Assembly: GCA_043228905.1 (NCBI GenBank)
Contig: JBHGNT010000066.1
Location: 73,366-137,365, forward strand
Direction of reading: 5' to 3'
DNA from: Azolla caroliniana
Taxonomy: Eukaryota; Plantae; Polypodiophyta
DNA: 64,000 bases
Position 1 is the stretch's first letter. Every line of letters starts with the position of its first letter. This document shows, piece by piece, positions 27,901-41,930 of this stretch. A program made the position numbers and the translations under genes. Under the pieces are notes generated by a model, which saw nothing but the letters and a program-made list of their open reading frames with translations, made no database searches and was not told the DNA's origin.

Positions 27901-30900
27901 TTTGTGTTCAAACATGCGAATCGAAGCTAACAACGCTAGCTATGATATGGAATTAAAAAATCAAGATTTTGAAACTCAGGTCGAGAGACATGATGAAATT
28001 AGCAAACATGAGGGGTGAGTTGAGAGGAGCCCTTGAGTAAATTAAAATGTTCATACCTGGCGAGTGTGATATCGGATTTTTGTGTTCAAACATGCGAATC
28101 GAAGCTAACAACGCTAGCTATGATATGGAATTCAAAAATCAAGATTTTGAAACTCAGGTCGAGAGACATGACGAGAGACATGAGGAGTGAGTTGAGAGGA
28201 GCCCTTGAGTAAATTCAAATGTTCATACCTGGCGAGTGTAATATCGGATTTTTGTGTACAAGCATGCGAGTCGAAGCTAACAACGCTAGCTATGATATGG
28301 AATTCAAAAATCAAAATTTTGAAACTCAGGTCGAGAGACATGACGAAATTAGCAAACATGAGGAGTGAGTTGAGAGGAGCCCTTGAGTAAATTAAAATGT
28401 TCATACCTGGCTCGTGTGATATCGGATTTTTGTGTTCAAACATGCGATTCGAAGCTAGCAACGCTAGCTATGATATGGAATTAAAAAATCAAGATTTTGA
28501 AACTCAGGTCGAGAGACATGACGAAATTACCAAATTTGAGGAGTGAGTTGAGAGGAGCCCTTGAGTAAATTAAAATGTTCATACCTGGTGAGTGTGATAT
28601 CGGATTTTTGTGTACAAACATTCGAATCGAAGCTAACAATGCTAGCTATGATATGGAATTAAAAAATCAAGATTTTGAAACTCAGGTCGAGAGACATGAC
28701 GAAATTACCAAATTTGAGGACTAAGGCTGGAAGAGCCAGGAGGTAAATTAAAATGTTCATACCTGGCGAGTGTGATATCGGATTTTTGTGTTCAAACATG
28801 CGAATCGAAGCTAACAACGCTAGCTATGATATGGAATTAAAAAATCAAGATTTTGAAACTCAGGTCGAGAGACATGATGAAATTAGCAAACATGAGGGGT
28901 GAGTTGAGAGGAGCCCTTGAGTAAATTAAAATGTTCATACCTGGCGAGTGTGATATCGGATTTTTGTGTTCAAACATGGGAATCGAAGCTAACAACGCTA
29001 GCTATGATATGAAATTCAAAAATCAAGATTTTGAAACTCAGGTCGAGAGGCATGACGAAATTAGCAAACATGAGGAGGGAGTTCAGAGGAACCATTGAGT
29101 AAATTAAAATGTTCATACCTGGCTCGTGTGATATCGGATTTTTGTGTTCAAACATGCGAATCGAAGCTAACAACGCTAGCTATGATATGAAATTCAAAAA
29201 TCAAGATTTTGAAAATCAGGTCGAGAGACATGATGAAATTACCAAATTTGAGGAGTGAGTTGAGAGGAACCCTTGAGTAAATTAAAATGTTCATACCTGG
29301 CTCGTGTGATATCGGATTTTTGTGTTCAAAAATCAAGATTTTGAAACTCAGGTCGAGAGACATGACGAACTTAACAAACATGAGGAGTGAGTTGAGAGGA
29401 GCCCTTGAGTAAATTAAAATGTTCATACCTAGCGAGTGTGATATCGGATTTTTGTGTTCAAACATGCGAATCGAAGCTAACAACGCTAGCTATGATATGG
29501 AATTCAAAAATCAAGATTTTGAAACTCAGGTCGAGAGACATGACGAAATTAGCAAACATGAGGAGGGAGTTTAGAGGAACCATTGAGTAAATTAAAATGT
29601 TTATACCTGGCTCGTGTGATATCGGATTTCTGTGTTCAAACATGCGATTCGAAGCTAGCAACGCTAGCTATGATATGGAATTAAAAAATCAAGATTTTGA
29701 AACTCAGGTCGAGAGACATGACGAAATTACCAAATTTGAGGAGTAAGTTGAGAGGAGCCCTTGAGTAAATTAAAATGTTCATACCTGGTGAGTGTGATAT
29801 CGGATTTTTGTGTACAAACATTCGAATCGAAGCTAACAATGCTAGCTATGATATGGAATTAAAAAATCAAGATTTTGAAACTCAGGTCGAGAGACATGAC
29901 GAAATTACCAAATTTGAGGAGTGAGGTTGGAAGAGCCAGTAGGTAAATTAAAATGTTCATACCTGGCGAGTGTGATATCGGATTTTGGTGTTCAAACATG
30001 CGAATCGAAGCTAACAACGCTAGCTATGATATGGAATTAAAAAATCAAGATTTTGAAACTCAGGTCGAGAGACATGATGAAATTAGCAAACATGAGGGGT
30101 AAGTTGAGAGGAGCCCTTGAGTAAATTAAAATGTTCATACCTGGCGAGTGTGATATCGGATTTTTGTGTTCAAACATGCGAATCGAAGCTAACAACACTA
30201 GCTATGATATGGAATTCAAAAATCAAGATTTTGAAACTCAGGTCGAGAGACATGACGAAATTAGCAAACATGAGGAGGGAGTTCAGAGGAACCTTTGAGT
30301 AAATTAAAATGTTCATACCTGGCGAGTGTGATATCGGATTTTTGTGTACAAGCATGCGAGTCGAAGCTAACAACGCTAGCTATGATATGGAATTCAAAAA
30401 TCAAGATTTTGAAACTCAGGTCGAGAGACATGACGAAATTACCAAATTTGAGGAGTGAGTTGAGAGGAGCCCTTGAGTAAATTAAAATGTTCATACCTGG
30501 CGAGTGTGATATCTGATTTTTGTGTACAAACACGCGAATCGAAGCTAACAACGCTAGCTATGATATGGAGTTAACAAATCAAGATTTTGAAACTCAGGTC
30601 GAGAGACATGACGAAATTAGCAAACATGAGGATTCAGTTGAGAGGAGCCCTTCACTAAATTAAAATGTTCATACCTAGCGAGTGTGATATCGGATTTTTG
30701 TGTACAAACATGCGATTCGAAGCTAGCAACGCTAGCTATGATATGGAATTCAAAAATCAAGATTTTGAAACTCAGGTCGAGAGACATGACGAAATTACCA
30801 AATTTGAGGAGTGAGTTGAGAGGAGCCCTTGACTCAATTAAAATGTTCATAACTGGTGAGTGTGATATCGGATTTTTGTGTACAAACATTCGAATCGAAG

Positions 30901-31860
30901 CTAACAACGCTAGCTATGATATGGAATTAAAAAATCAAGATTTTGAAACTCAGGTCGAGAGACATGACGAAATTACCAAATTTGAGGACTAAGGCTGGAA
31001 GAGCCAGGAGGTAAATTAAAATGTTCATACCTGGCGAGTGTGATATCGGATTTTTGTGTTCAAACATGCGAATCGAAGCTAACAACGCTAGCTATGATAT
31101 GGAATTAAAAAATCAAGATTTTGAAACTCAGGTCGAGAGACATGATGAAATTAGCAAACATGAGGGGTGAGTTGAGAGGAGCCCTTGAGTAAATTAAAAT
31201 GTTCATACCTGGCGAGTGTGATATCGGATTTTTGTGTTCAAACATGCGAATCGAAGCTAACAACGCTAGCTATGATATGGAATTCAAAAATCAAGATTTT
31301 GAAACTCAGGTCGAGAGAGATGACGAAATTAGCAAACATGAGGAGGGAGTTTAGAGGAACCTTTGAGTAAATGAAAATGTTCATACCTGGCTCGTGTGAT
31401 ATCGGATTTTTGTGTTCAAACATGCGAATCGAAGCTAACAACGCTACCTATGATATGGAATTAACAAATCAAGATTTTGAAACTCAGGTCGAGAGACATG
31501 ACGAACTTAGCAAACATGAGGAGTGAGTTGAGAGGAGCCCTTGAGTAAATTAAAATGTTCATACCTAGCGAGTGTGATATCGGATTTCTGTGTTCAAACA
31601 TGCGAATCGAAGCTAACAACGCTAGCTATGATATGGAATTCAAAAATCAAGATTTTGAAACTCAGGTCGAGAGACATGACGAAATTACCAAATTTGAGGA
31701 GTGAGTTGAGAGGAGCCCTTGAGTAAATTAAAATGTTCATACCTGGCGAGTGTGATATCGGATTTTTGTGTACAAACATGCGAACCGAAGCTAACAACGC
31801 TAGCTATGATATGAAATTAACAAATCAAGATTTTGAAACTCAGGTCGAGAGACATGACGA
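27850..31860 (+). repeat. Block A, copy 3 (partial), carrying an extra 132-bp truncated monomer
   Basis: Offset from copy 2 is 5,868 (22337/28205, 23102/28970) before ~29190 and 6,000 (23405/29405 through 25541/31541) after it. Confidence 0.9.
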
Positions 31861-32209
31861 AATTAGCAAACATGAGGATTCAGTTGAGAGGAGCCCTTGA
31901 CTAAATTAAAATGTTCATACCTAGCGAGTGTGATATCGGATTTCTGTGTTCAAACATGCGAATCGAAGCTAACAACGCTAGCGATGATATGGAATTCAAA
32001 AATCAAGATTTTGAAACTCAGGTCGAGAGACATGACGAAATTAGCAAACATGAGGAGGGACTTCAGAGGAACCTTTGAGTAAATGAAAATGTTCATACCT
32101 GGCTCGTGTGATATCGGATTTTTGTGTTCAAACATGCGAATCGAAGCTAACAACGCTAGCTATGATATGAAATTAACAAATCAAGATTTTGAAACTCAGG
32201 TCGAGAGAC

Positions 32210-33193
32210 ATGATGAAATTAGCAAACTTGAGGAGTGAGTTGAGAGGAGCCCTTCAGTAAATTAAAATGTTCATACATGGCTCGTGTGATATCGGATTTT
32301 TGTGTACAAACATGCGAATCGAAGCTAACAACGCTAGCTATGATATGGAATTAAAAAATCAAGATTTTGAAACTCAGGACGAGAGACATGACGAAATTAG
32401 CAAACATGAGGAGGGAGTTCAGAGGAAGCATTGAGTAAATTAAAATGTTCATACCTGGCTCGTGTGATATCGGATTTTTTTGTACAAACATGCGAATCGA
32501 AGCTAACAACGCTAGCTATGATATGGAATTAAAAAATCAAGATTTTGAAACTCAGGTCGAGAGACATGACGAAATTACAAAATTTGAGGAGTGAGGTTGG
32601 AAGAGCTAGTAGGTAAATTAAAATGTTCATACCTAGCGAGTGTGATATCGGATTTTTGTGTACAAACATGCGAATCGAAGCTAACAACGCTACCTATGAT
32701 ATAGAATTAAAAAATCAAGATTTTGAAAGTCAGGTCGAGAGACATGACGAAATTAGCAAACATGAGGAGTGAGTTGGAAGAGCTAGTAGGTAAATTAAAA
32801 TGTTCATACCTGGCGAGTGTGATATCGGATTTTTGTGTTCAAACATGCGAATCGAAGCTAACAACGCTAGCTATGATATGGAATTCAAAAATCAAGATTT
32901 TGAAACTCAGGTCGAGAGACATGACGAAATTAGCAAACATGAGGAGTGAGTTGGAAGAGCTAGTAGGTAAATTAAAATGTTCATACCTAGCGAGTGTGAT
33001 ATCGGATTTTTGTGTACAAACATGCGAATCGAAGCTAACAACGCTACCTATGATATAGAATTAAAAAATCAAGATTTTGAAAGTCAGGTCGAGAGACATG
33101 TCGAAATTAGCAAACATGAGGAGTGAGTTGGAAGAGCTAGTAGGTAAATTAAAATGTTCATACCTGGCGAGTGTGATATCGGATTTTTGTGTT
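32210..33193 (+). repeat. ~1-kb copy of 2317-3300 (offset 29,893)
   Basis: Identical ORF at 2830/32723. Shared markers ggacgag, aagcattg, gattttttt, attacaaaat, gaaagtcagg and 177-bp monomers. Confidence 0.9.
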
Positions 33194-36100
33194 GAAACAT
33201 GCGAATCGAAGCTAACAACGCTAGCTATGATATGGAATTAAAAAATCAAGATTTTGAAACTCAGGTCAAGAGACATGACGAAATTAGCAAACATGAGGAA
33301 GGAGTTGAGAGGAACCATTGAGTAAATTAAAATGTTCATACCTGGCGAGTGTGATATCGGATGTTTGTGTTCAAACATGAGAATCGAAGCTAACAACGCT
33401 AGCTATGATATGGAATTAACAAATCAAGATTTTGAAACTCAGGTCGAGAGACATCACGAAATTACCAAATTTGAGGAGTGAGTTGAGAGGAGCCCTTGAC
33501 TAAATTAAAATGTTCATACCTCGCGAGTGTGATATCGGATTTTTGTGTACAAATATTGTGAATCGAAGGTAACAACGATAGCTATGATATGGAATTAAAA
33601 AATCAAGATTTTGAAACTCAGGTCGAGAGACATGACGAAATTACCAAATTTGAGGAGTGAGTTGAGAGGAGCCCTTGACTAAATTAAAATGTTCATACCT
33701 GGTGAGTGTGATATCGGATTTTTGTGTACAAACATGCGAATCGAAGCTAACAACGCTAGCTATGATATGGAATTAACAAATCAAGATTTTGAAACTCAGG
33801 TCGAGAGACATGACGAACTTAGCAAACATGAGGAGTGAGTTGAGAGGAGCCCTTGAGTAAATTAAAATGTTCATACCTAGCGAGTGTGATATCGGATTTC
33901 TGTGTTCAAACATGCGAATCGAAGCTAACAACGCTAGCTATGATATGGAATTCAAAAATCAAGATTTTGAAACTCAGGTCGAGAGACATGACGAAATTAC
34001 CAAATTTGAGGAGTGAGTTGAGAGGAGCCCTTGAGTAAATTAAAATGTTCATACCTGGCGAGTGTGATATCGGATTTTTGTGTACAAACATGCGAATCGA
34101 AGCTAACAACGCTAGCTATGATATGAAATTAACAAATCAAGATTTTGAAACTCAGGTCGAGAGACATGACGAAATTAGCAAACATGAGGATTCTGTTGAG
34201 AGGAGCCCTTGACTAAATTAAAATGTTCATACCTAGCGAGTGTGATATCGGATTTCTGTGTTCAAACATGCGAATCGAAGCTAACAACGCTAGCGATAAT
34301 ATGGAATTCAAAAATCAAGATTTTGAAACTCAGGTCGAGAGACATGACGAAATTAGCAAACATGAGGAGGGACTTCAGAGGAACCTTTGAGTAAATGAAA
34401 ATGTTCATACCTGGCTCGTGTGATATCGGATTTTTGTGTTCAAACATGCGAATCGAAGCTAACAACGCTAGCTATGATATGGAATTAACAAATCAAGATT
34501 TTGAAACTCAGGTCGAGAGACATGACGAACTTAGCAAACATGAGGAGTGAGTTGAGAGGAGCCCTTGAGTAAATTAAAATGTTCATACCTAGCGAGTGTG
34601 ATATCGGATTTCTGTGTTCAAACATGCGAATCGAAGCTAACAACGCTAGCTATGATATGGAATTAAAAAATCAAGATTTTGAAACTCAGGTCGAGAGACA
34701 TGACGAAATTACCAAATTTGAGGAGTGAGTTGAGAGGAGCCCTTGAGTAAATTAAAATGTTCATACCTGGCGAGTGTGATATCGGATTTTTGTGTTGAAA
34801 CATGCGAATCGAAGCTAACAACGCTAGCTATGATATGGAATTAAAAAATCAAGATTTTGAAACTCAGGTCAAGAGACATGACGAAATTAGCAAACATGAG
34901 GAAGGAGTTGAGAGGAACCATTGAGTAAATTAAAATGTTCATACCTGGCGAGTGTGATATCGGATGTTTGTGTTCAAACATGAGAATCGAAGCTAACAAC
35001 GCTAGCTATGATATGGAATTAACAAATCAAGATTTTGAAACTCAGGTCGAGAGACATCACGAAATTACCAAATTTGAGGAGTGAGTTGAGAGGAGCCCTT
35101 GACTAAATTAAAATGTTCATACCTCGCGAGTGTGATATCGGATTTTTGTGTACAAATATTGTGAATCGAAGGTAACAACGATAGCTATGATATGGAATTA
35201 AAAAATCAAGATTTTGAAACTCAGGTCGAGAGACATGACGAAATTACCAAATTTGAGGAGTGAGTTGAGAGGAGCCCTTGACTAAATTAAAATGTTCATA
35301 CCTGGTGAGTGTGATATCGGATTTTTGTGTACAAACATGCGAATCGAAGCTAACAACGCTAGCTATGATATGGAATTAACAAATCAAGATTTTGAAACTC
35401 AGGTCGAGAGACATGACGAACTTAGCAAACATGAGGAGTGAGTTGAGAGGAGCCCTTGAGTAAATTAAAATGTTCATACCTAGCGAGTGTGATATCGGAT
35501 TTCTGTGTTCAAACATGCGAATCGAAGCTAACAACGCTAGCTATGATATGGAATTCAAAAATCAAGATTTTGAAACTCAGGTCGAGAGACATGACGAAAT
35601 TACCAAATTTGAGGAGTGAGTTGAGAGGAGCCCTTGAGTAAATTAAAATGTTCATACCTGGCGAGTGTGATATCGGATTTTTGTGTACAAACATGCGAAT
35701 CGAAGCTAACAACGCTAGCTATGATATCAAATTAACAAATCAAGATTTTGAAACTCAGGTCGAGAGACATGACGAAATTAGCAAACATGAGGATTCAGTT
35801 GAGAGGAGCCCTTGACTAAATTAAAATGTTCATACCTAGCGAGTGTGATATCGGATTTCTGTGTTCAAACATGCGAATCGAAGCTAACAACGCTAGCGAT
35901 AATATGGAATTCAAAAATCAAGATTTTGAAACTCAGGTCGAGAGACATGACGAAATTAGCAAACATGAGGAGGGACTTCAGAGGAACCTTTGAGTAAATG
36001 AAAATGTTCATACCTGGCTCGTGTGATATCGGATTTTTGTGTTCAAACATGCGAATCGAAGCTAACAACGCTAGCTATGATATGGAATTAACAAATCAAG

Positions 36101-38760
36101 ATTTTGAAACTCAGGTCGAGAGACATGACGAACTTAGCAAACATGAGGAGTGAGTTGAGAGGAGCCCTTGAGTAAATTAAAATGTTCATACCTAGCGAGT
36201 GTGATATCGGATTTCTGTGTTCAAACATGCGAATCGAAGCTAACAACGCTAGCTATGATATGGAATTAAAAAATCAAGATTTTGAAACTCAGGTCGAGAG
36301 ACATGACGAAATTACCAAATTTGAGGAGTGAGTTGAGAGGAGCCCTTGAGTAAATTAAAATGTTCATACCTGGCGAGTGTGATATCGGATTTTTGTGTTG
36401 AAACATGCGAATCGAAGCTAACAACGCTAGCTATGATATGGAATTAAAAAATCAAGATTTTGAAACTCAGGTCAAGAGACATGACGAAATTAGCAAACAT
36501 GAGGAAGGAGTTGAGAGGAACCATTGAGTAAATTAAAATGTTCATACCTGGCGAGTGTGATATCGGATGTTTGTGTTCAAACATGAGAATCGAAGCTAAC
36601 AACGCTAGCTATGATATGGAATTAACAAATCAAGATTTTGAAACTCAGGTCGAGAGACATCACGAAATTACCAAATTTGAGGAGTGAGTTGAGAGGAGCC
36701 CTTGACTAAATTAAAATGTTCATACCTCGCGAGTGTGATATCGGATTTTTGTGTACAAATATTGTGAATCGAAGGTAACAACGATAGCTATGATATGGAA
36801 TTAAAAAATCAAGATTTTGAAACTCAGGTCGAGAGACATGACGAAATTACCAAATTTGAGGAGTGAGTTGAGAGGAGCCCTTGACTAAATTAAAATGTTC
36901 ATACCTGGTGAGTGTGATATCGGATTTTTGTGTACAAACATGCGAATCGAAGCTAACAACGCTAGCTATGATATGGAATTAACAAATCAAGATTTTGAAA
37001 CTCAGGTCGAGAGACATGACGAAATTAGCAAACATGAGGAGGGAGTTCAGAGGAAGCATTGAGTAAATTAAAATGTTCATACCTGGCTCGTGTGATATCG
37101 GATTTTTGTGTTCCAACATGCGAATCGAAGCTAACAATGCTAGCTATGATATGGAATTCAAAAATCAAGATTTTGAAACTCAGGTCGAGAGACATGACCA
37201 AATTAGCAAACATGAGGAGTGAGTTGAGAGGAGCCCTTGAGTAAATTAAAATGTTCATACCTGGCGAGTGTGATATCGGATGTTTGTGTTCAAACATGAG
37301 AATCGAAGCTAACAACGCTAGCTATGATATGGAATTAACAAATCAAGATTTTGAAACTCAGGTCGAGAGACATCACGAAATTACCAAATTTGAGGAGTGA
37401 GTTGAGAGGAGCCCTTGACTAAATTAAAATGTTCATACCTCGCGAGTGTGATATCGGATTTTTGTGTACAAATATTGTGAATCGAAGGTAACAACGATAG
37501 CTATGATATGGAATTAAAAAATCAAGATTTTGAAACTCAGGTCGAGAGACATGACGAAATTACCAAATTTGAGGAGTGAGTTGAGAGGAGCCCTTGACTA
37601 AATTAAAATGTTCATACCTGGTGAGTGTGATATCGGATTTTTGTGTACAAACATGCGAATCGAAGCTAACAACGCTAGCTATGATATGGAATTAACAAAT
37701 CAAGATTTTGAAACTCAGGTCGAGAGACATGACGAACTTAGCAAACATGAGGAGTGAGTTGAGAGGAGCCCTTGAGTAAATTAAAATGTTCATACCTAGC
37801 GAGTGTGATATCGGATTTCTGTGTTCAAACATGCGAATCGAAGCTAACAACGCTAGCTATGATATGGAATTCAAAAATCAAGATTTTGAAACTCAGGTCG
37901 AGAGACATGACGAAATTACCAAATTTGAGGAGTGAGTTGAGAGGAGCCCTTGAGTAAATTAAAATGTTCATACCTGGCGAGTGTGATATCGGATTTTTGT
38001 GTTGAAACATGCGAATCGAAGCTAACAACGCTAGCTATGATATGGAATTAAAAAATCAAGATTTTGAAACTCAGGTCAAGAGACATGACGAAATTAGCAA
38101 ACATGAGGAAGGAGTTGAGAGGAACCATTGAGTAAATTAAAATGTTCATACCTGGCGAGTGTGCTATCGGATGTTTGTGTTCAAACATGAGAATCGAAGC
38201 TAACAACGCTAGCTATGATATGGAATTAACAAATCAAGATTTTGAAACTCAGGTCGAGAGACATCACGAAATTACCAAATTTGAGGAGTGAGTTGAGAGG
38301 AGCCCTTGACTAAATTAAAATGTTCATACCTCGCGAGTGTGATATCGGATTTTTGTGTACAAATATTGTGAATCGAAGGTAACAACGATAGCTATGATAT
38401 GGAATTAAAAAATCAAGATTTTGAAACTCAGGTCGAGAGACATGACGAAATTACCAAATTTGAGGAGTGAGTTGAGAGGAGCCCTTGACTAAATTAAAAT
38501 GTTCATACCTGGTGAGTGTGATATCGGATTTTTGTGTACAAACATGCGAATCGAAGCTAACAACGCTAGCTATGATATGGAATTAACAAATCAAGATTTT
38601 GAAACTCAGGTCGAGAGACATGACGAACTTAGCAAACATGAGGAGTGAGTTGAGAGGAGCCCTTGAGTAAATTAAAATGTTCATACCTAGCGAGTGTGAT
38701 ATCGGATTTCTGTGTTCAAACATGCGAATCGAAGCTAACAACGCTAGCTATGATATGGAA
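33190..38760 (+). repeat. Variable-length HOR (9-, 9-, 4- and 5-mer units) built on a cassette containing a 179-bp monomer
   Basis: Marker atgtttgtg at 33361, 34964, 36567, 37280 and 38171 gives spacings 1603, 1603, 713, 891 (each n x178+1). The +1 monomer reads tacaaatattgtgaatcgaaggtaacaacgatagc. Confidence 0.92.
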
Positions 38761-41700
38761 TTAAAAAATCAAGATTTTGAAACTCAGGTCGAGAGACATG
38801 ATGAAATTAGCAAACATGAGGGGTGAGTTGAGAGGAGCCCTTGAGTAAATTAAAATGTTCATACCTGGCGAGTGTGATATCGGATTTTTGTGTTCAAACA
38901 TGCGAATCGAAGCTAACAACGCTAGCTATGATATGGAATTCAAAAATCAAGATTTTGAAACTCAGGTCGAGAGAGATGACGAAATTAGCAAACATGAGGA
39001 GGGAGTTCAGAGGAACCTTTGAGTAAATGAAAATGTTCATACCTGGCTCGTGTGATATCGGATTTTTGTGTTCAAACATGCGAATCGAAGCTTAAAACGC
39101 TACCTATGATATGGAATTAACAAATCAAGATTTTGAAACACAGGTCGAGAGACATGACGAACTTAGCAAACATGAGGAGTGAGTTGAGAGGAGCCCTTGA
39201 GTAAATTAAAATGTTCATACCTAGCGAGTGTGATATCGGATTTCTGTGTTCAAACATGCGAATCGAAGCTAACAACGCTAGCTATGATATGGAATTCAAA
39301 AATCAAGATTTTGAAACTCAGGTCGAGAGACATGACGAAATTACCAAATTTGAGGAGTGAGTTGAGAGGAGCCCTTGAGTAAATTAAAATGTTCATACCT
39401 GGCGAGTGTGATATCGGATTTTTGTGTACAAACATGCGAATCGAAGCTAACAACGCTAGCTATGATATGAAATTAACAAATCAAGATTTTGAAACTCAGG
39501 TCGAGAGACATGACGAAATTAGCAAACATGAGGATTCAGTTGAGAGGAGCCCTTGACTAAATTAAAATGTTCATACCTAGCGAGTGTGATATCGGATTTT
39601 TGTGTACAAACATGCGATTCGAAGCTAGCAACGCTAGCTATGATATGGAATTAAAAAATCAAGATTTTGAAACTCAGGTCGAGAGACATGACAAACTTAG
39701 CAAACATGAGGAGTGAGTTGAGAGGAGCCCTTGAGTAAATTAAAATGTTCATACCTAGCGAGTGTGATATCGGATTTCTGTGTTCAAATATGCGAATCGA
39801 AGCTAACAACGCTAGCTATGATATGGAATTCAAAAATCAAGATTTTGAAACTCAGGTCGAGAGACATCACGAAATTACCAAATTTGAGGAGTGAGTTGAG
39901 AGGAGCCCTTGACTAAATTAAAATGTTCATACCTCGCGAGTGTGATATCGGATTTTTGTGTACAAATATTGTGAATCGAAGCTAACAACGATAGCTATGA
40001 TATGGAATTAAAAAATCAAGATTTTGAAACTCAGGTCGACAGACATGACGAAGTTACCAAATTTGAGGAGTGAGTTGAGAGGAGCCCTTGAGTAAATTAA
40101 AATGTTCATACCTGGCGAGTGTGATATCGGATTTTTGTGTACAAACATTCGAATCGAAGCTAACAACGCTAGCTATGATATGGAATTAAAAAATCAAGAT
40201 TTTGAAACTCAGGTCGAGAGACATCACGAAATTACCAAATTTGAGGACTAAGGCTGGAAGAGCCAGGAGGTAAATTAAAATGTTCATACCTGGCGAGTGT
40301 GATATCGGATTTTTGTGTTCAAACATGCGAATCGAAGCTAACAACGCTAGCTATGATATGGAATTAAAAAATCAAGATTTTGAAACTCAGGTCGAGAGAC
40401 ATGATGAAATTAGCAAACATGAGGGGTGAGTTGAGAGGAGCCCTTGAATAAATTAAAATGTTCATACCTGGCGAGTGTGATATCGGATTTTTGTGTTCAA
40501 ACATGCGAATCGAAGCTAACAACGCTAGCTATGATATGGAATTCAAAAATCAAGATTTTGAAACTCAGGTCGAGAGAGATGACGAAATTAGCAAACATGA
40601 GGAGGGAGTTCAGAGGAACCTTTGAGTAAATGAAAATGTTCATACCTGGCTCGTGTGATATCGGATTTTTGTGTTCAAACATGCGAATCGAAGCTAACAA
40701 CGCTAGCTATGATATGGAAATAACAAATCAAGATTTTGAAACTCAGGTCGAGAGACATGACGAAATTACCAAATTTGAGGAGTGAGTTGAGAGGAGCCCT
40801 TGACTAAATTAAAATGTTCATACCTGGTGAGTGTGATATCGGATTTTTGTGTTCAAACATGCGAATCGAAGCTAACAACGCTAGCTATGATATGGAATTC
40901 AAAAATCAAGATTTTGAAACTCAGGTCGAGAGACATGACGAAATTAGCAAACATGAGGAGGGAGTTCAGAGGAACCTTTGAGTAAATTAAAATGTTCATA
41001 CCTGGCGAGTGTGATATCGGATTTTTGTGTACAAGCATGCGAGTCGAAGCTAACAACGCTAGCTATGATATGGAATTCAAAAATCAAGATTTTGAAATTC
41101 ACGTCGAGAGACATGAATCGGATTTTTGTGTACAAACATGCGAATCGAAGCTAACAACGCTAGCTATGATATGGAATTTGACAATCAAGATTTTGAAACT
41201 CAGGTCGAGAGACATGACGAAATTAGCAAACATGAGGAGGGAGTTCAGAGGAACCATTGAGTAAATTAAAATGTTCATACCTGGCTCGTGTGATATCGGA
41301 TTTTTGTGTACAAACATGCGATTCGAAGCTAGCAACGCTACCTATGATATGGAATTCAAAAATCTAGATTTTGAAACTCAGGTCGAGAGACATCACGAAA
41401 TTACCAAATTTGAGGACTGAGTTGAGAGGAACCCTTGAGTAAATTAAAATGTTCATACCTGGCGAGTGTGATATCGGATTTTTGTGTACAAACATGCGAA
41501 TCGAAGCTAACAACGCTAGCTATGATATGGAATTAAAAAATCAAGATTTTGAAACTCAGGTCGAGAGACATGACGAAATTAGCAAACATGAGAAGTGAGT
41601 TGAGAGGAGCCCTTGAGTAAATTAAAATGTTCATACCTGGCGAGTGTGATATCGGATTTTTGTGTACAAACATGCGAATCGAAGCTAACAACGCTAGCTA

Positions 41701-41930
41701 TGATATGGAATTAAAAAATCAAGATTTTGAAACTCAGGTCGAGAGACATGACGAAATTAGCAAACATGAGGAAGGAGTTCAGAGGAACCATTGAGTAAAT
41801 TAAAATGTTCATACCTGGCTCGTGTGATATCGGATTTTTGTGTTCAAACATGTGAATCGAAGCTAACAACGCTAGCTATGATATGGTATGAAAAAATCAA
41901 GATTTTGAAACTCAGGTCGAGAGACATGAC

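Noticed and set aside
23340-31860. Duplication offset of exactly 6,000 bp suggesting an artificial construct
   Set aside because: Fully explained by 34x178 - 6 - 46, and the copies differ by SNPs, so it is a coincidence.
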